A stretch of DNA of 64,000 nucleotides from Trichosphaerium sp. ATCC 40318 (lineage: Eukaryota > Protista > Tubulinea), in contig JALMLS010000322.1 of assembly GCA_038496445.1 (NCBI GenBank), forward strand, positions 1,054,001 through 1,118,000. The letters run 5' to 3'. Position numbers and translations under genes: made by a program. Position 1 is the stretch's first letter. Each line of letters starts with the position of its first letter. Shown in pieces: positions 12,767 to 26,038 of the stretch. The notes beneath the pieces were generated by a model that was given only the letters and a program-made list of their open reading frames with translations, ran no database searches and was not told the origin of the DNA.

Positions 12767-14807
12767 TCATTTCACAAGTTTGATCTTTGGATCAAATGAT
12801 GGGTCCTTAATCAGCCACATAGCTTAAAAAAAAAGATAAGAGTTTTTTTCTGTTTTGGTTGAACAGGATTTCTTCCGCGTTTTTTCTTTTGATTTCCAGA
12901 AGAACGTACCACTATCCAAACCTCTCATTGGTGTATTTTGCGGATATTTGATTGTATCTTTGATCTCATCTCTGTGCTCTTCATGATGGATTAACAAAGT
13001 GAGTGGTGCAAAAGAAAGAAAATCTTCAAAAAAAAATCATGACAAAAAGTGTACTTACTGCTGTGCTTATCCATATTGTGTACTGACAGTAAAATCTTAA
13101 AATTAGTATTACCGTAAATGAATGCAGCAAACATAAATCTAAAATAAAGTATTAAAAACACGTGCTATCTAAGTAAATCGCATTCATGTTCAAATTCTCT
13201 TTTTTTTCTTTTTCTTTTTTTTTTTTTGGTCATGTACTGTTCAGTGTATTGTCTATTTTTCCTCATCCATGTCGATGGATAGTCGTATGGTACAAATATA
13301 TCATGAAAATAAACAATAGTACCTATATATTTGATTACTAGGGAGGTAGACTAGGATTAGAACTATGAAAAAAAAAGTACCTTTTGGAACAAGTGGTACA
13401 ATGAAAGTATACTCCAAGATTGTATCCCCGTAAGGCTGTGTAACATGGGAGTTATCAATGATAAGAAAATCTCCAGGTTCTAGTTGTTTAAACACGCTCA
13501 CATCAACACTATTTCAATCGGTAAGAAAAAAACAAGTGGGTTCAATTAAAGAACGTACTCTTGCACTTGTTTGTTGATAATCTTGATATCACCTCTTAGT
13601 TCTTGGTTTATTACTTCTGCTCTATAAGGCTCAATACATGTTATTTCAGTCTTGTATCCTTCCTTTCTATTAGCAATCATTGCTTGATGTAGCATCTTTG
13701 TTGAGAAACCGCTTCCAATCTCAAGAATTCTTCGTGGCTAGTGCAAAACTGTTATCACGTGAAAAGTCCTTCCAAGGTGTATTAGAAAAAAAAAAAGGGT
13801 TACCTTGAAATAACGTGTCATTGTGTATAAACCCCATTGATCAAGAGGTGGAACCATCACATTTCTTCTGTTGTAGTTATATTTAGGTTCTGATCCATAT
13901 GGTTTCAAGTGTTGAATGAGATGTTCTTGTTCCTCTCTTAACTTTGTCCAGTTATAAACCTCGTCTGGTAGTACTGCATAACGTGATATGATAGACTTCG
14001 GTGTTGTCTAAACACAGTCTGTTAGATAGACATGAAAAAGTCAATGAGCAACACACTTCACCTTAAAATCTCGAACGGGATTTTCGTATTGAAATATCTC
14101 GTTCATGCAAGTGTATGTAGTGTTGAAGTTGCATTCAGGGTTCATCCACTATCACTGTAAGTAGGCATATACCAAAGTAACAAAACACGTTTCATGTATT
14201 TTGTCACGTGACCGTTAATAATTATAGTACCTTAGCAACGTTTTTCAACTTCGCTTTAAGCATATCAATCTCAGTCTGGGTATTTTTATTGTCTCTTTTC
14301 TTTGTATGACTGTACTTCATTATCACTTTGTGCATCTTCTTATTATCTACCTGGATTGTGTTGATTGTATTGTTTAGAACACGTAATTCAGCAAGCAGTT
14401 TAGTGTTATCGTTCTGGCTTTCTTTTAGCTTAGATTTAAACAAATCAATCTCGTCAAGCAGTCGTTTATGATCTTTATTCTGTTGTCCCATGTCACGCTT
14501 ATTACCCTCTATCTCCGCACGCATACCAACAACCTGACTTTGATATTTTTGCAGCTTAGACAATAACACCTACAAAAAACCTCGTGTCAATAATGAACTT
14601 ATAAGTGACCCAAAAAAAAAAAACTTGTGAGTTTTTGAAAAGACTTTTGTTTTTTTGGAACGAGTCTTTGGTTCGCAGAGCTTACTGTACTTTTGTTCAT
14701 GTTGTACAATAATAGCATAGTTGAAATAATAATCAAAACCAACAAGATTTTAGCTTCATATTTCTACCAAAGGCGTTAAATACACCTAAGGACCACAATA
14801 GTACCAT
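12767..14807 (-). CDS. Type II membrane, coiled-coil, class I SAM methyltransferase (Methyltransf_24-like)
   Basis: ATG-only first exon, then hydrophobic ILLVLIIISTMLLLY and a coiled coil (14222-14569). Motifs PRRILEIGSGFST, IEPY, LIIDNSH, FHDIFVPYDYP and terminal SAMWLIK. Confidence 0.8.
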
Positions 14808-15205
14808 TTTTGGCGTATGAAACTAAAAATTAGGCTTATTAACTGGTCTTAGCGCTGAGGATACCACGCGCACGTGTGAGTTTCAGTACTGCGTATAACA
14901 CCTTATTTAACGCTATTTGTAAGTGTCGAGATATCACGTGCTACTTAAGAACTTAAGCTAGATAAGCAATTAAAAAACCGCATTTGTCAATTACACTGCT
15001 CAAGAAATTGCCCATTATCATACCAATACTTATAGTCTCCATGTTGCTTATCTTGCTACCAATACTTTTGACATAATATATATAAAACTGCGTACTACAA
15101 AAGCGAAGTTCCAAGAGACATTCACTTCGACATATTGATCTTTGTGGCGCCACTTTTCACATGGTTTACTACATACAGCTAGCTATTGAACGCATGCTTA
15201 ACACT

Positions 15206-16642
15206 TTATTGAAATGGAACATCATTACAAGCCTTAAACATAATCGCTCCAATCTCTTTGACAAACTTAGCTGCAACCTTAGCATAAATTAGCAACCTTT
15301 TCAGGAAATTGTCAAGCGAAAGAAAAAAAGCATTACCATTGCAGTGACTGCATTAGTGTCCCTATTTGGATTGTATTCAACAACATCACCACCAATTAAT
15401 CTCTTATGTACTAACTTATGAATACAATTCATAACTTCACGTGTCCTAAAGAGCACATTAAACGACTCTGATAAAAAAAAGTAAGAATTTCAGTTAACAC
15501 TCACGTCATGCCACCTGGCTCATAGTGGCTCACACCTATGTGTTGTCAAATACAGATACTTTATTGTGTTTTGTGCCTGGAGCAAAGGCGGGATCAAGTA
15601 CGTCAAGATCAATAGAGATGTAAACTTTATCGTTTTTTCCATTTGCAAGTCCTTTCAAATGCTGGTAAAGATCTGATTTATCTTCAAGGTCTTTCATCTC
15701 AAAACCTTTTACATTGTGTTTCCTATCATTAAATGACTTAGTAAATCATATTGTTAAGTATTGTGTACGCTATCTGATCACGTTGGTGGTCAGTGAGTGT
15801 TCGAAGTCCAATCTGAGTCAAAGACTTTGCTAACTTTCCTTCCATTATTCTTGCAAAAGGTGACGCATGTGAGAATCTAAAAATAAATCATTACAAGCAC
15901 CACCTCATGGTTGTATTGAAAAAAGGCTCTGTACGGATTGCCATCAAAAAGAGCATAGAGATCACTGTGAGCATCGAAATGTACAATATGAATATCATCA
16001 TTTGGATGTTTATGTTTTAACGCCTCAAAAACAGGATACGTAATATAATGATCTCCACCAAGTGTACATAAAGGTCCACGTGTCTTTTCAATATTCTCAA
16101 CAGTCTGTTTAACTATACTCTCGTGAATAGCCTTCCGTGAGGAATTAAGACATCCACTTTCATCTGTCCAACAAATAAGTTAAAAAAAACTCCCTCAACA
16201 CTGATCACGTGATTTATTTCTTCTTCACCTGGAGTTGGATCTTTGATGACTAAGTCTTTACAGTCGATGAATATACTATCGTCCTTATCTGTGACATGTC
16301 CAACATCTAAATCAACTACTTCTACGCCGGTATCTAAATGGGTACTTTTTTAGGAAATGTGTTGAAGATATTTCCACAAAAATCACGTGATGTCACTTAC
16401 TTGCTGAAGGAGACATCATTGCATTTCGTATTATAGAAGGTGCCATTGATGGTCCGCGCATAAACGACGAGTTAAAGTCACATGGGACACCTTGAAGCGT
16501 AACACGTTGTTTCGAAGCTACGCTATACTTCCTACTGCCACGTTGAAGCGTAAACGATCTCGCTAGCGGTTTGTAAGGGCAATAGAATAGCCTTGTTACA
16601 ATTCAGCGTACCTGAGTGCTTTCCTACAGATAACAACATCAT
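15206..16642 (-). CDS. Ureohydrolase (arginase/agmatinase family, plant-arginase-like)
   Basis: NSSFMRGP, GGDH, HFDAHSD, SHASPFARIME, SIDLDVLDPAFAPGVSHYEPGG, DVVEYNP. Confidence 0.92.
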
Positions 16643-16869
16643 GGTAGTATCGTCTCGTCGTTCAGTATGTAACAGCGCTATTTTACTTAAGTATGACAGT
16701 GTTTAAGGCATAGCAAACTGCCCCAACAAAACCATGAACTTCTTATCCGTTTCATTTGAAAACGCAATCAATTACCACCCAATAGGCATACAGAAGCGTT
16801 TGGTAAATTAAAAACCTAACAGCACTCAATGCTTGTAAAACAGGTTGGAAGTATTCTAGATGTTGCATC

Positions 16870-17185
16870 TTATGATGGTCTCAAACAACTTGCAGGTATT
16901 CACACTATTTGCCTTGCAAACACTTGTGAAGACATCCCTTGCAGGTGTTCACACCATTGATCTTAGGTTTTGTAGGTGTTACAGATGAAGGAATCAAAGC
17001 ACTGGCAAGTGAAAATGAAAATGATTTTAGTCATTGCATCGCTCAAAGGTGTTCACACCATAAATCTAGGGTTTGTAACATTTACAAAGGCTGGTCTTCT
17101 TGCTTTAGTAACGGACATCCCCCAGTTCACTCATTATAGCTTATAACATTAAAGTTACAGAGTAAGGAATTAAAGTGCTTAAATA
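16870..17185 (+). pseudogene. Decayed fragment of the GVHTIxL-type LRR gene family
   Basis: Broken frames give DGLKQLAGIHTICL, LAGVHTIDL, GVTDEGIKALA and LKGVHTINLG, the same repeat as 26132-26896, with frameshifts. Confidence 0.75.
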
Positions 17186-17266
17186 CAATATAAGGGTACA
17201 AGTTGAGGGTTTTTTAGATCAAGATTTCTTCATGTTGACAAGCAACAAAGATGGTACTTGTATAAA

Positions 17267-18161
17267 CTAAATGTGCTTGAGTGTGATTTCTTGGCCTTTC
17301 CAATTGAACACAAAAGTATCATCAACAAACTCAATATCTTTTGATAACTCAAGAGCAAAATTTGAACCTATTAAGCCATATCCTCCAAGCTACAAGGAGT
17401 GTCAAAACAAGATAATAAAATATCATTTAGTAAGCTCAAAGAGTAACCTTTGCAGGGTGGTAAATACGAGATTCTTCTGACACACATAATTCTACACGAA
17501 AAAAGGTTAGTACAAGTTGTGAAAATAAAATGTCAAAACCTGTTGGTTGAAACTGTTCCTCAAGGTCTCCTCCATAGACTAGAACATCATCACTACCTGT
17601 AGCACACAATTAGTACTAACTCATATTTAACTCATTTGAAGAACCTTTCGTTTTCATGTCGTGAAAAACTATGGGCTTGTCATCTACCTTCAAAAAGTTG
17701 GATTCTCTGTAAACAAATATTTTTAAATAACATCCTAATTTATATCACGTGCAACACGTGATATGTACCTTCCACAAAGAGAAAGAAATGGGAAATCTTC
17801 GGTGTAATGCTCAGACTTATTATCTCGCTACAAATCATGGAAGCGTCAGTTCACCAATAGACAATCGAGAAGTGAATCGTACCAAATTTCTGAAAAAGAA
17901 ATTTAGAAAACGTTTTTCCTTCAAGTGTACAGGCCCAAAAGGCATTTTCTCAGTGTCTTCGTCAATACAATAGAGTTGCCCTTTATGTATATTATTAGCA
18001 CGCATAGTTTGAGGCTAGGAGCGAGGAGTACCGTGGTGGTTAAGCCAATAAAAGTAATGTCGGTTATCTGGTTGTTTAGCTGATACAAACGATCTAGAAT
18101 GCGTTTTTTTGTATGCACGTATTGAGTTGGAACGCTTTGAATACGTTTTGATCAGCAACAT
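17267..18161 (-). CDS. UPF0598 / C8orf82-like (DUF4505) protein
   Basis: RHYFYWLNHHGQLY...KEKRFLNFFFRNL...ESNFLKVDDKPIVFH...SRIYHPA...GYGLIGS; basic N-terminus. Confidence 0.8.
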
Positions 18162-18326
18162 TAGTTTTATTACTATTTTAACGTAAAAATAGCTATAAGA
18201 CTGCGCCGCTGGCTTAGTTATTGTACTTGTACACCTAACAATCAATACATAACGAATTGTAAGTCTAATTCAGTCAATAAGTACAATCGCGTTAAACAGC
18301 GAAATAAGTCTCCAGGCGTTAACCAC

Positions 18327-21300
18327 ATGCCTCCAAAGAAGCACGCAGGGGCGTCTTTGAGTGACAGTTCTAAGAACAAAAATGACAGCGCTTTTGGTAC
18401 GTTTAGTGACAGTAATACCATCTAACGTATCAAGGTGCGTTTATGGGCGCTCTATTAGGTGATGCTGTTGGTGCTTATCTCGAATTTAAAAGTGCGAATG
18501 CTCTACAAGCGCTACTGTACCATTGGTAAACTAATTAACATGTTTGCGTAAAGAAAAACAACCAACAAAGGCCGAAGTTAAAAAAGCGTTTGAAATGCCA
18601 GGTGGAGGTTACTGGAAAGGTAATAGAATGTTAAACAAGCGCTTTAGCCATATTTTATCGTTTTGAAACGTTTTTCAATCGGTTGACTAAAATCCGCTTG
18701 CACTCAGTGCCGGAAATCGCCTTCCTACGCGTAGGAGATCACTGCTACAGCTTTTAACATTTTTTTGTACAAAACAGCTAACTTCCTTTTATAGTTGCTC
18801 CAGGACAAATAACAGGTACGTACCATTATTCATATTGATGTGGAGAACTTTTACAGCGTTGTAGTTGCTTTTAAAGCATACAGCTCCAATTTTTTGTCAT
18901 TTTTTATTTATCGTTTTTATGTTAATTGTTTTTCTTTCGTTAGATGATGGAGAGCTTACTCTGGTACGTTTTGTCATTTTTAGTGTTTTTGATTGTATGT
19001 TAACATGTATTTAAAGTCTCTCGCATATGCACTTGGTGATAATCAATCATGGAATCTCGGTAAACAAAATTCTTTTTTTGTATTTCGTACATTTTTTTTA
19101 TGTTGTTTTTTTTTCGTCCGTGTCAGCGTTTTCATTTTACTTCGGGTTTAGGCGAAAGTAATTAATATTGATTTATTTATCGTAGAGTCTATAGCTAAAA
19201 AATATCATGCATGGATTAAGAGTGAACCTTTTGATTGTGGTGAAACAACACAAATGGTATTGTCTTCACAACCTCCTGTTACTCTTAGTTTACACATATT
19301 GACTAGAGTATCGGTTGCTATGATCTTGGAGAGCCGTATCAGAGCATGTGTGCTAAAGAAGGGTACGTATTTCAATCATCATTTTGAGCACTTTAATTTC
19401 AAAAAAAAAATAAAAGATTCTAAACAAGTCGCCTAGGTACGCAGCTGCCATGACCGCCTCTGCGAAGACAAACACTCAAAAATCTCAGTCAAATGGTAAC
19501 TTAATGCGTGTTGTTCCATTAGCAATATGGGCACACAAAGTACGCCAAACAGTGCTGTTAAATCGTCTTAACAGTATCAAAAAAAGTTGACAGATGAAGA
19601 AATTGAAGAGATTTGTCGTGAAGAATGTAACTTGACTCATCCTAATGTTATATGCCGTAACGCATCGACTTGCTACTGTTTAGCTATATCTCACCTCATG
19701 AATAACTTTGGTGATCGTATGGGTGCCTTTAAAAGAGCAAAATCTTGGGCTGATGAAAACGCTTCAACAATCGTCCAGGGTATGCGTTAAGATACATTAT
19801 TAACCTTCAAATGTATTAAATTCATTATAGGGTGGTTAGAAGAAGCAGAAGCTGGCGTGTACGTAGTAGAATTAGCGAGTTTTGTCATTAGAAGTAATCC
19901 GGTTTTTTTCTTAAAATAGTGATGTTGATTATCGAATGAAAAAGTGTCACGGATGGGTGAGAATCGCTTTTACTCATGCCTTCAGGCATTTATACCATGG
20001 TACCAAGTTCATGAAAGCTCTCGAAGAGACACTAGCTGGTGGTGGTGATACAGGCACGTGCCATTGTATTTGTTGCTTTTTTTTATTATTACCACGTGAA
20101 GAGCACGTGACTTTTTAATGATTTCTGTGTACTGATACATAGATTTTTTAGATACAAATAGTTGTATAATATGTGGTCTCCTTGGAGCTGCAGTTGGATA
20201 TAAGGGATTGTACGTACTTGAGATTCTTTTTATTTTAAATACTCTTTTGCTTTTGTTTTGATTCTTACTTTTCTTTTCTTTAGACCTCAGGAAATGGTTG
20301 CTAAAGTACTCAGTTGCGATACTAATATGGGTATGCTTATTAATTATATAGCCATGATTTGTTGATTGATTGATGTGTAGGAAAACGCAAAAGGCCACAT
20401 TTCCTTCACCCAATGAATATACTTGAGCTCAAAGATAAAATTCTTAAAAATGCTCCTTCCTCTCTCACGTAAGATATAAAACACTTGGGTTTTTTTTACT
20501 CATTTACATTTATAAGCCGTGACGATATGCAAATTGATGATGATAAGACGTTGTCTCCAGTTAAGAAGAAGAAGATTACAAAAATGAAAAAAAAGACACC
20601 GAAAAAAAAGTCTTCGCCTCCAAAACCAAAATTCTTTGTTTTAATGCCAACAACTGAAGGAAACCCTGTTCAAGTCACTGACTCTGAGATGATACTTGGT
20701 AGAGGAAAGGCTCTTGGTATCTCAGATAAGCGTATAAGCAGAAAACAACTGAGACTTACCAAGCTTCCAAACGACAAACTGAAAGTGACAGTGGTTAGTG
20801 TTTTGTTCACTCTCTTCATGCTTGTTTGCTAATTCGCTAAGATTGGCACCAACCCTTCTTTCATTAAGAAATCCGACGGATCTGAGGAAGAGCTTGAAAA
20901 GAACTGCTCAGCTGAACTCGTGGATGGAGACACAATCGTATTTTTGAGAGATCCTGAGCATGAACGAGGTATAATCATACTTGAGTGGTACTGTCACTCA
21001 TTGTGGTTTTAGACTTGTATATATTCACAGTTATGCTCACAACTGGGCATGGTAAGGATGAATCTTCAGATGAAGATGATGATAGCGAAGAAGAGGTTGT
21101 ATTAACACGAAGAAAAAGAAGAGCTGACAAAACAGAAGATGAACCAGAAGCGAAAAAAAGAAAAATTGAGCCTGACATGGACCTGGTTAGAAAACTTCTA
21201 TTAGTAGTCCATTCATCACTCTAACGCTGTATTGTTTAATAGTACAAACAAATGAAGGATATAATACCACATCTAGATAGAGAACGAGCAAGAGGAGCTT

Positions 21301-23099
21301 TAATTAAAGCTGAAAACAAACTTGACAGAGCGATTGATATTTTGTTGTCTGAGGTACACTCATCGATTGCTTTGCTTTCTTTCTTTGCTTCTTTTTCTAA
21401 TCAAGCATATTTAATAGGGTTTGAGTCAACCAAGTGAAGACGAACCACCTGTTACAAAGCCAAAAAAGAAAACACCAAAAAAGAAACCTCCATTAAAACG
21501 AACTGACAGCGAGTTTGCCAGGCAGTTGGCCAGTACTTATCAGCTTGAAGAGAAGACTAAACGGTATGTACTTTTGGGTTATTCTAGTGAATTGTGCTCA
21601 TATTAAATTAAATAGGGTTGAAGCAGAGAGTAAAAGTAAGGATGCAATCATTGAGATGCTAATGAAAGAGAAGACTGAGTTGGAGAAAAAGAGTAAAAGC
21701 ACAAATATTGACCAAGAAAACCTTCAAAAATTATACTTACCTGGTACGTATTTCCACTTTGCTGTAGTTAGTACTCGTGTCACCCACTATGGTGTGAGCC
21801 CTAGTCTTTGAGATATTAAGTGGGTTGTTTTTTTAAAGGTGAGTTGGATGCTCTTAAGGGTGATGAGCTCAAGGTTTTTACTCTTTATCCACAAAGAGAG
21901 TTTGAAAATGATGCTGCTTCGTTTCATTTCAGGACAGCTGAAAGTCAGTTTTATAGGTTGATGGAAGGTACGGTTTATTGTCGTTGTTGTAATGAGTACC
22001 ACTAATGTATTTGTAAATTTGTTTAGCTGGAAATCTTGGACAAGGCATAAAAGTAACAAAAGTCGAGTATTTAGTAAACCCAAAACTTGTTAAGCAGTTC
22101 AAAAAAAAGAGACTTAAACTTGCTGAAACAATGCCTTGGTCTGGTAAGTATATTATTAACCATTCGCATCATCATAGTGTTAAACTAATGTTATATGAAT
22201 AGACACTAAACCTATCCTTTGCTTTCACGGTAAGCACGCACTTACGTCAAGGCGAAAAAAACTTAAAATGCTAAAACATAAAACTAGGAACTGGAGAGGA
22301 CAACCTGGATAATATATCAAAAAACAACTTCAGCTGCGATTTTGTTGGTTCTACAACTGATAGGTACATTACCACTTATTCTATAGTAATCCTAATATTC
22401 TATATAGCGGATATTATGGCGCAGGCATATGTACATGTTTATACTACTTGACCACTTGGCTTTGTTTTGACTCGTTTTTTGTTTAGATTTCTCAGAATAT
22501 CCTTCTTTAAGTCTTGGTTATGTTAAGGGTTGTAGTAAGTTCATGCTTTGTCAAATATTGTTGGGTACTCCTAGAACTTAAGGGTTATTGTGTTGTTTAC
22601 ATGATATAATAGGTAAGGTATATAAATGCCCTGGTTTGATGATGGGTGCTAAAAAGGTAGCTGGGTTTGATTCACATACTTCACCGGATGGTTCTGAGAT
22701 TGTGATATTTGACATGGACCAGATACTACCGTATTATATTGGTACACACCATATTAGTTTTTACCTATCTAACAGTGTATGTAGTACACTACACAGCAGC
22801 TGGAGTAGCTGTAAAGGATTACTATAATAGTATGTCAAAAAAATCATTTTTGTCTAAATTCGTTCCAACTGACGTTCGTTTTAGCTGCTATGACAGAAGG
22901 TATGGGGATTGGAAGAGGTAGAGGAAGGGGAAGAGGTAGAGGTTATGGCCGCGGTAGGGGGTAAGTCCAATCATTTTTTGCGGATAGATAATTATATCCT
23001 TACAGCTGTGAAGCCAACACTTTTTTTTGAGTATTTTTTATGATATTTCTTGTGTTTACTTTTATTGCTAGGATGTTTATGGGTGGATTCCATTTCTAA
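18327..23099 (+). CDS. ADP-ribosylglycohydrolase - FHA - UBA/CUE-like - PARP catalytic - RG-tail fusion protein
   Basis: ARH: GALLGDAVG, GQITDDGELTL, SNGNLMRVVPL, THP, GGDTDTNS. FHA: LGRGKALGISDKRISRKQ...IGTNPS. UBA/CUE-like: IIPHLDRERARGALIKAENKLDRAIDILL. PARP: CFHGT, YGAGIYFSEYPSLSLGY, GFDSH...SEIVIFDMDQILPYYIV. Tail GRGRGRGRGRG. Junctions checked join in frame; the stop is at 22964 or 23099. Confidence 0.85.
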
Positions 23100-23529
23100 T
23101 ATACCAATATAAGCACATTGCTGTAATCTAACAAGAATTGTATTTAAACAAAAAAACAAGAGTACTTCAATACCTGAAAAAACAGAGAAAAACAGAGAGC
23201 TACTAGTTCAGAAATTACTTTGAAGCTACATTGGTTGTCAATAGTTTTTGGAAAGCCTCAAATACGTACTGGTCAGTACAAGCATACTTTCACCTTTGTT
23301 ATTAGTAAATGTTTGTTCTCAATTAAAATTAAGTTTACCACATGGCTTTAAGCCATGTTCCTCCTTTGCTATACGCTTGTGTAGAATGTAGCACAAAAAA
23401 GGGAGGGGCCACCGAAATAGAGTGTGTTCCAGGCTAGCTCACTAATAGAGTGCACAACAATGGAACTTAGTGAAACTGTTAAAGAGTTTAGTGCGTTTTT
23501 AGTTTTGTTTAAGAAGATGCTACTGATGT

Positions 23530-23745
23530 CAGAAAAAACGTCAGCGCTACCTCTGTTCACCGTTGCCAAGATTGTGAGTCTTATGAAGATATTTCCAAGT
23601 TTGCTACTTTACAGGCACAAAATATGTGAACATACTTTGATAAAAGAGATTTATCATCTGTGCAACACGTGGCAGACAAAAGTCAAGTTTTGCAAATGTA
23701 AATATGAGGAGCCTTCAACTGTTTGCTGAAAAAGTAATAACTGTA
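23530..23745 (+). pseudogene. Inverted, degenerate duplicate fragment of the adjacent beta-lactamase-like gene
   Basis: ttgccaagattgtgagtcttatgaagatatttccaagtttgctactttac (23563-23612) aligns to the gene's minus-strand ttgctaggattgggagtgttacgaagatatttccaactctattactttac near 25510-25560, including the upstream intron end. Confidence 0.7.
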
Positions 23746-23767
23746 ACAATTACTAAGGTGGAAATGT

Positions 23768-26038
23768 TTAACTTAATTTCGTAAATACAATGTCTCCATA
23801 AAGGCCATCAAGAGTGAATGTCATTACACCTTGCTGATTCTCTTTAAAATTTACCCATTGTCCATTAAACCCAAGAAGCTCTCCCAACATACAAGTACCG
23901 TATAAACTATAATCAGCATAGAGCTGAAAATCATCACCAGAAAACCAAGATAAGTAAAAACTGTACGGATACACTTGTATAATGAGACCTGAACCAGGTA
24001 CGTTCGCTACAGTGGCATCTGAGGAGTATTTACCTACCAGTTGTCAAACAAAACTTACACCTCAAATTGTGAAAAAAAAAAAGGAAAAAAAAATTTGAGA
24101 GTTTGGGTTTTTTTAATGAACTTTCGGGTTATGTTAAAAGAATAGAAAAGTATCGAACGTACCAACGTATTTTTCTGGGTTTGGTGGTTGGGGTGGAATA
24201 GTTACATAACTATTGAGTACCTAGTTTTTGAGTAAATGGCTTGGGTATTAACATGATTTTTTTAAATTTTGTATTAGTACCTTTGTCAGTGCTGGTATTA
24301 CGTTGTTCGCAAATATGTCAGCAGCTGAATCAGTATCACATTGTCCATTAAATAGTATAGAGAAACCAAGTTGTAGTTCTGGTATTACATTGAATGTCGA
24401 AACATAACTATGAACAAATCAAACTCCAACACTCTTGATAAAAAGTAACCTCTCAAATTAATTCGTTTTTTTTATAGCGTTCACCAGAAAAAAAAGCCTC
24501 TTTTCAAGCGTACCCATCAATAGCACCTCCTTTTTGCTTGTTCCAGTAATTTTGAATCCACTCAAGCTCCCAAGGTGTCCTGGATTTTACTATTTGTTAG
24601 AAACTTAAAAAGCACGTGATAAAATATTTTAAGTCACTACCCAAATCCTGAAGATGCATCTTGATTGATGAAAATAGGTTGCATCATTTCCGCAAGCCAT
24701 TCACCATCGAGAACAGGAGTGTTGGAATTGCTCCCACTCTTTAAGAACCTAATACATCATGTTAACAAAACAATACTGTAAAATACCCCAAGCTTAACGT
24801 ACATCATAGCTAGCTTTGCTAGATCGTTGGCGGAGCTGTACATTTGTCCTGCAGGTCTAGACCAGGCTATGTCAAACGATAAGCAAGTTCGGCAACATGT
24901 CTATGCAAAAAGTCGCACCCAAGTCGAACAGTTCCACAGGGTCTCCGTTTGGATAGTATCTAAAATAGATGAGTCTCATGATAACTACTTCTTGTTTACC
25001 CCGTTGCCATTCGTGCTCTTACACTTGGTGTGAAGTCATTCCCTGTATCACGCATACCAAGTTTGCTTGTAATGTTTTCAGACACCATTGTTTCAAAAGC
25101 TGTGTTGTATACTTTCTCCGCTATCAGGTTACCAATAAGGCTGAACGCCAAGTCTAAGGCACAAAGAGTTAACTCATTTACGTTACTAAAAGGGGGAGCG
25201 TACTCGAGTATGAAGGTCTGTGCCATTGAGGAGAAATAACCCTTCTTTCAGCAAGGCGTTCTAGGATGACGTCTGTTGGTCCATCGCAGTGTGTGAAGCT
25301 GCATGGTGCCTCTCTTGGTAGCCCAGACATCTGAGAAGCCAACGCACGCCAGGTTAGAGCTGCTGAAGCACCGAAGGGATCTTGGATTTTGAAAGAAGGT
25401 ACTTGCTTTGCCACAGGATCATCCAATGACAACTGGTATACAGAACTCGTTAGTTGGATTAATAAAAATCACGTGCGCACGTCAATGTTTGGATCAGAGG
25501 CAGCTTGGTAAAGTAATAGAGTTGGAAATATCTTCGTAACACTCCCAATCCTAGCAATGGTGAGCGGAGGTGTTGAGGGTTTTCCCTTGTCGCCTTACCT
25601 AAAGAGAGTGTCACCATCTGGTGGCAACTTTGTTGTCGTGTCCTTCTCTCCTAAGTTGAACGTCCAAATGATTTTATCTTTGTAAACTGCTGAAGCAGAC
25701 ATCCCTGGAGCTAAGCAAGACTACAAAAAGTTGAGATTACGTCAGTAACAAAACCGTTGAACTCAATACCTTGTTATCTGCTAGTAATGCTTTTAAATCT
25801 TCTTCTGCTTTATTAAGAGCATCTGTGAGGGGCGTAGGAAGCGGTGAAGGTAAGTTTATAGGAGGCGGTTGAAAGAAGCAAGGTTCTGCCTATAGTTGAG
25901 GGTCAGACGCGTATCGACAGTTCAAGAAACACTTTCCTGTAAATTTGGTACACCAAACTTGGGTGTATGTTGAGGAAACAAGTAAGCGATAGAACCCACA
26001 ATACAAATCAGTATTAAAACGGTGTAAGCACGTGTCAT
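23768..26038 (-). CDS. Secreted serine beta-lactamase-like hydrolase (LACTBL1-like)
   Basis: Signal peptide MTRAYTVLILICIVGSIAY. RIGSVTKIF (SxxK), LTWRALASQMSGLPRE, PSYSNLAFSL (YxN, across an intron), RPAGQMYSSANDLAK. Confidence 0.88.
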
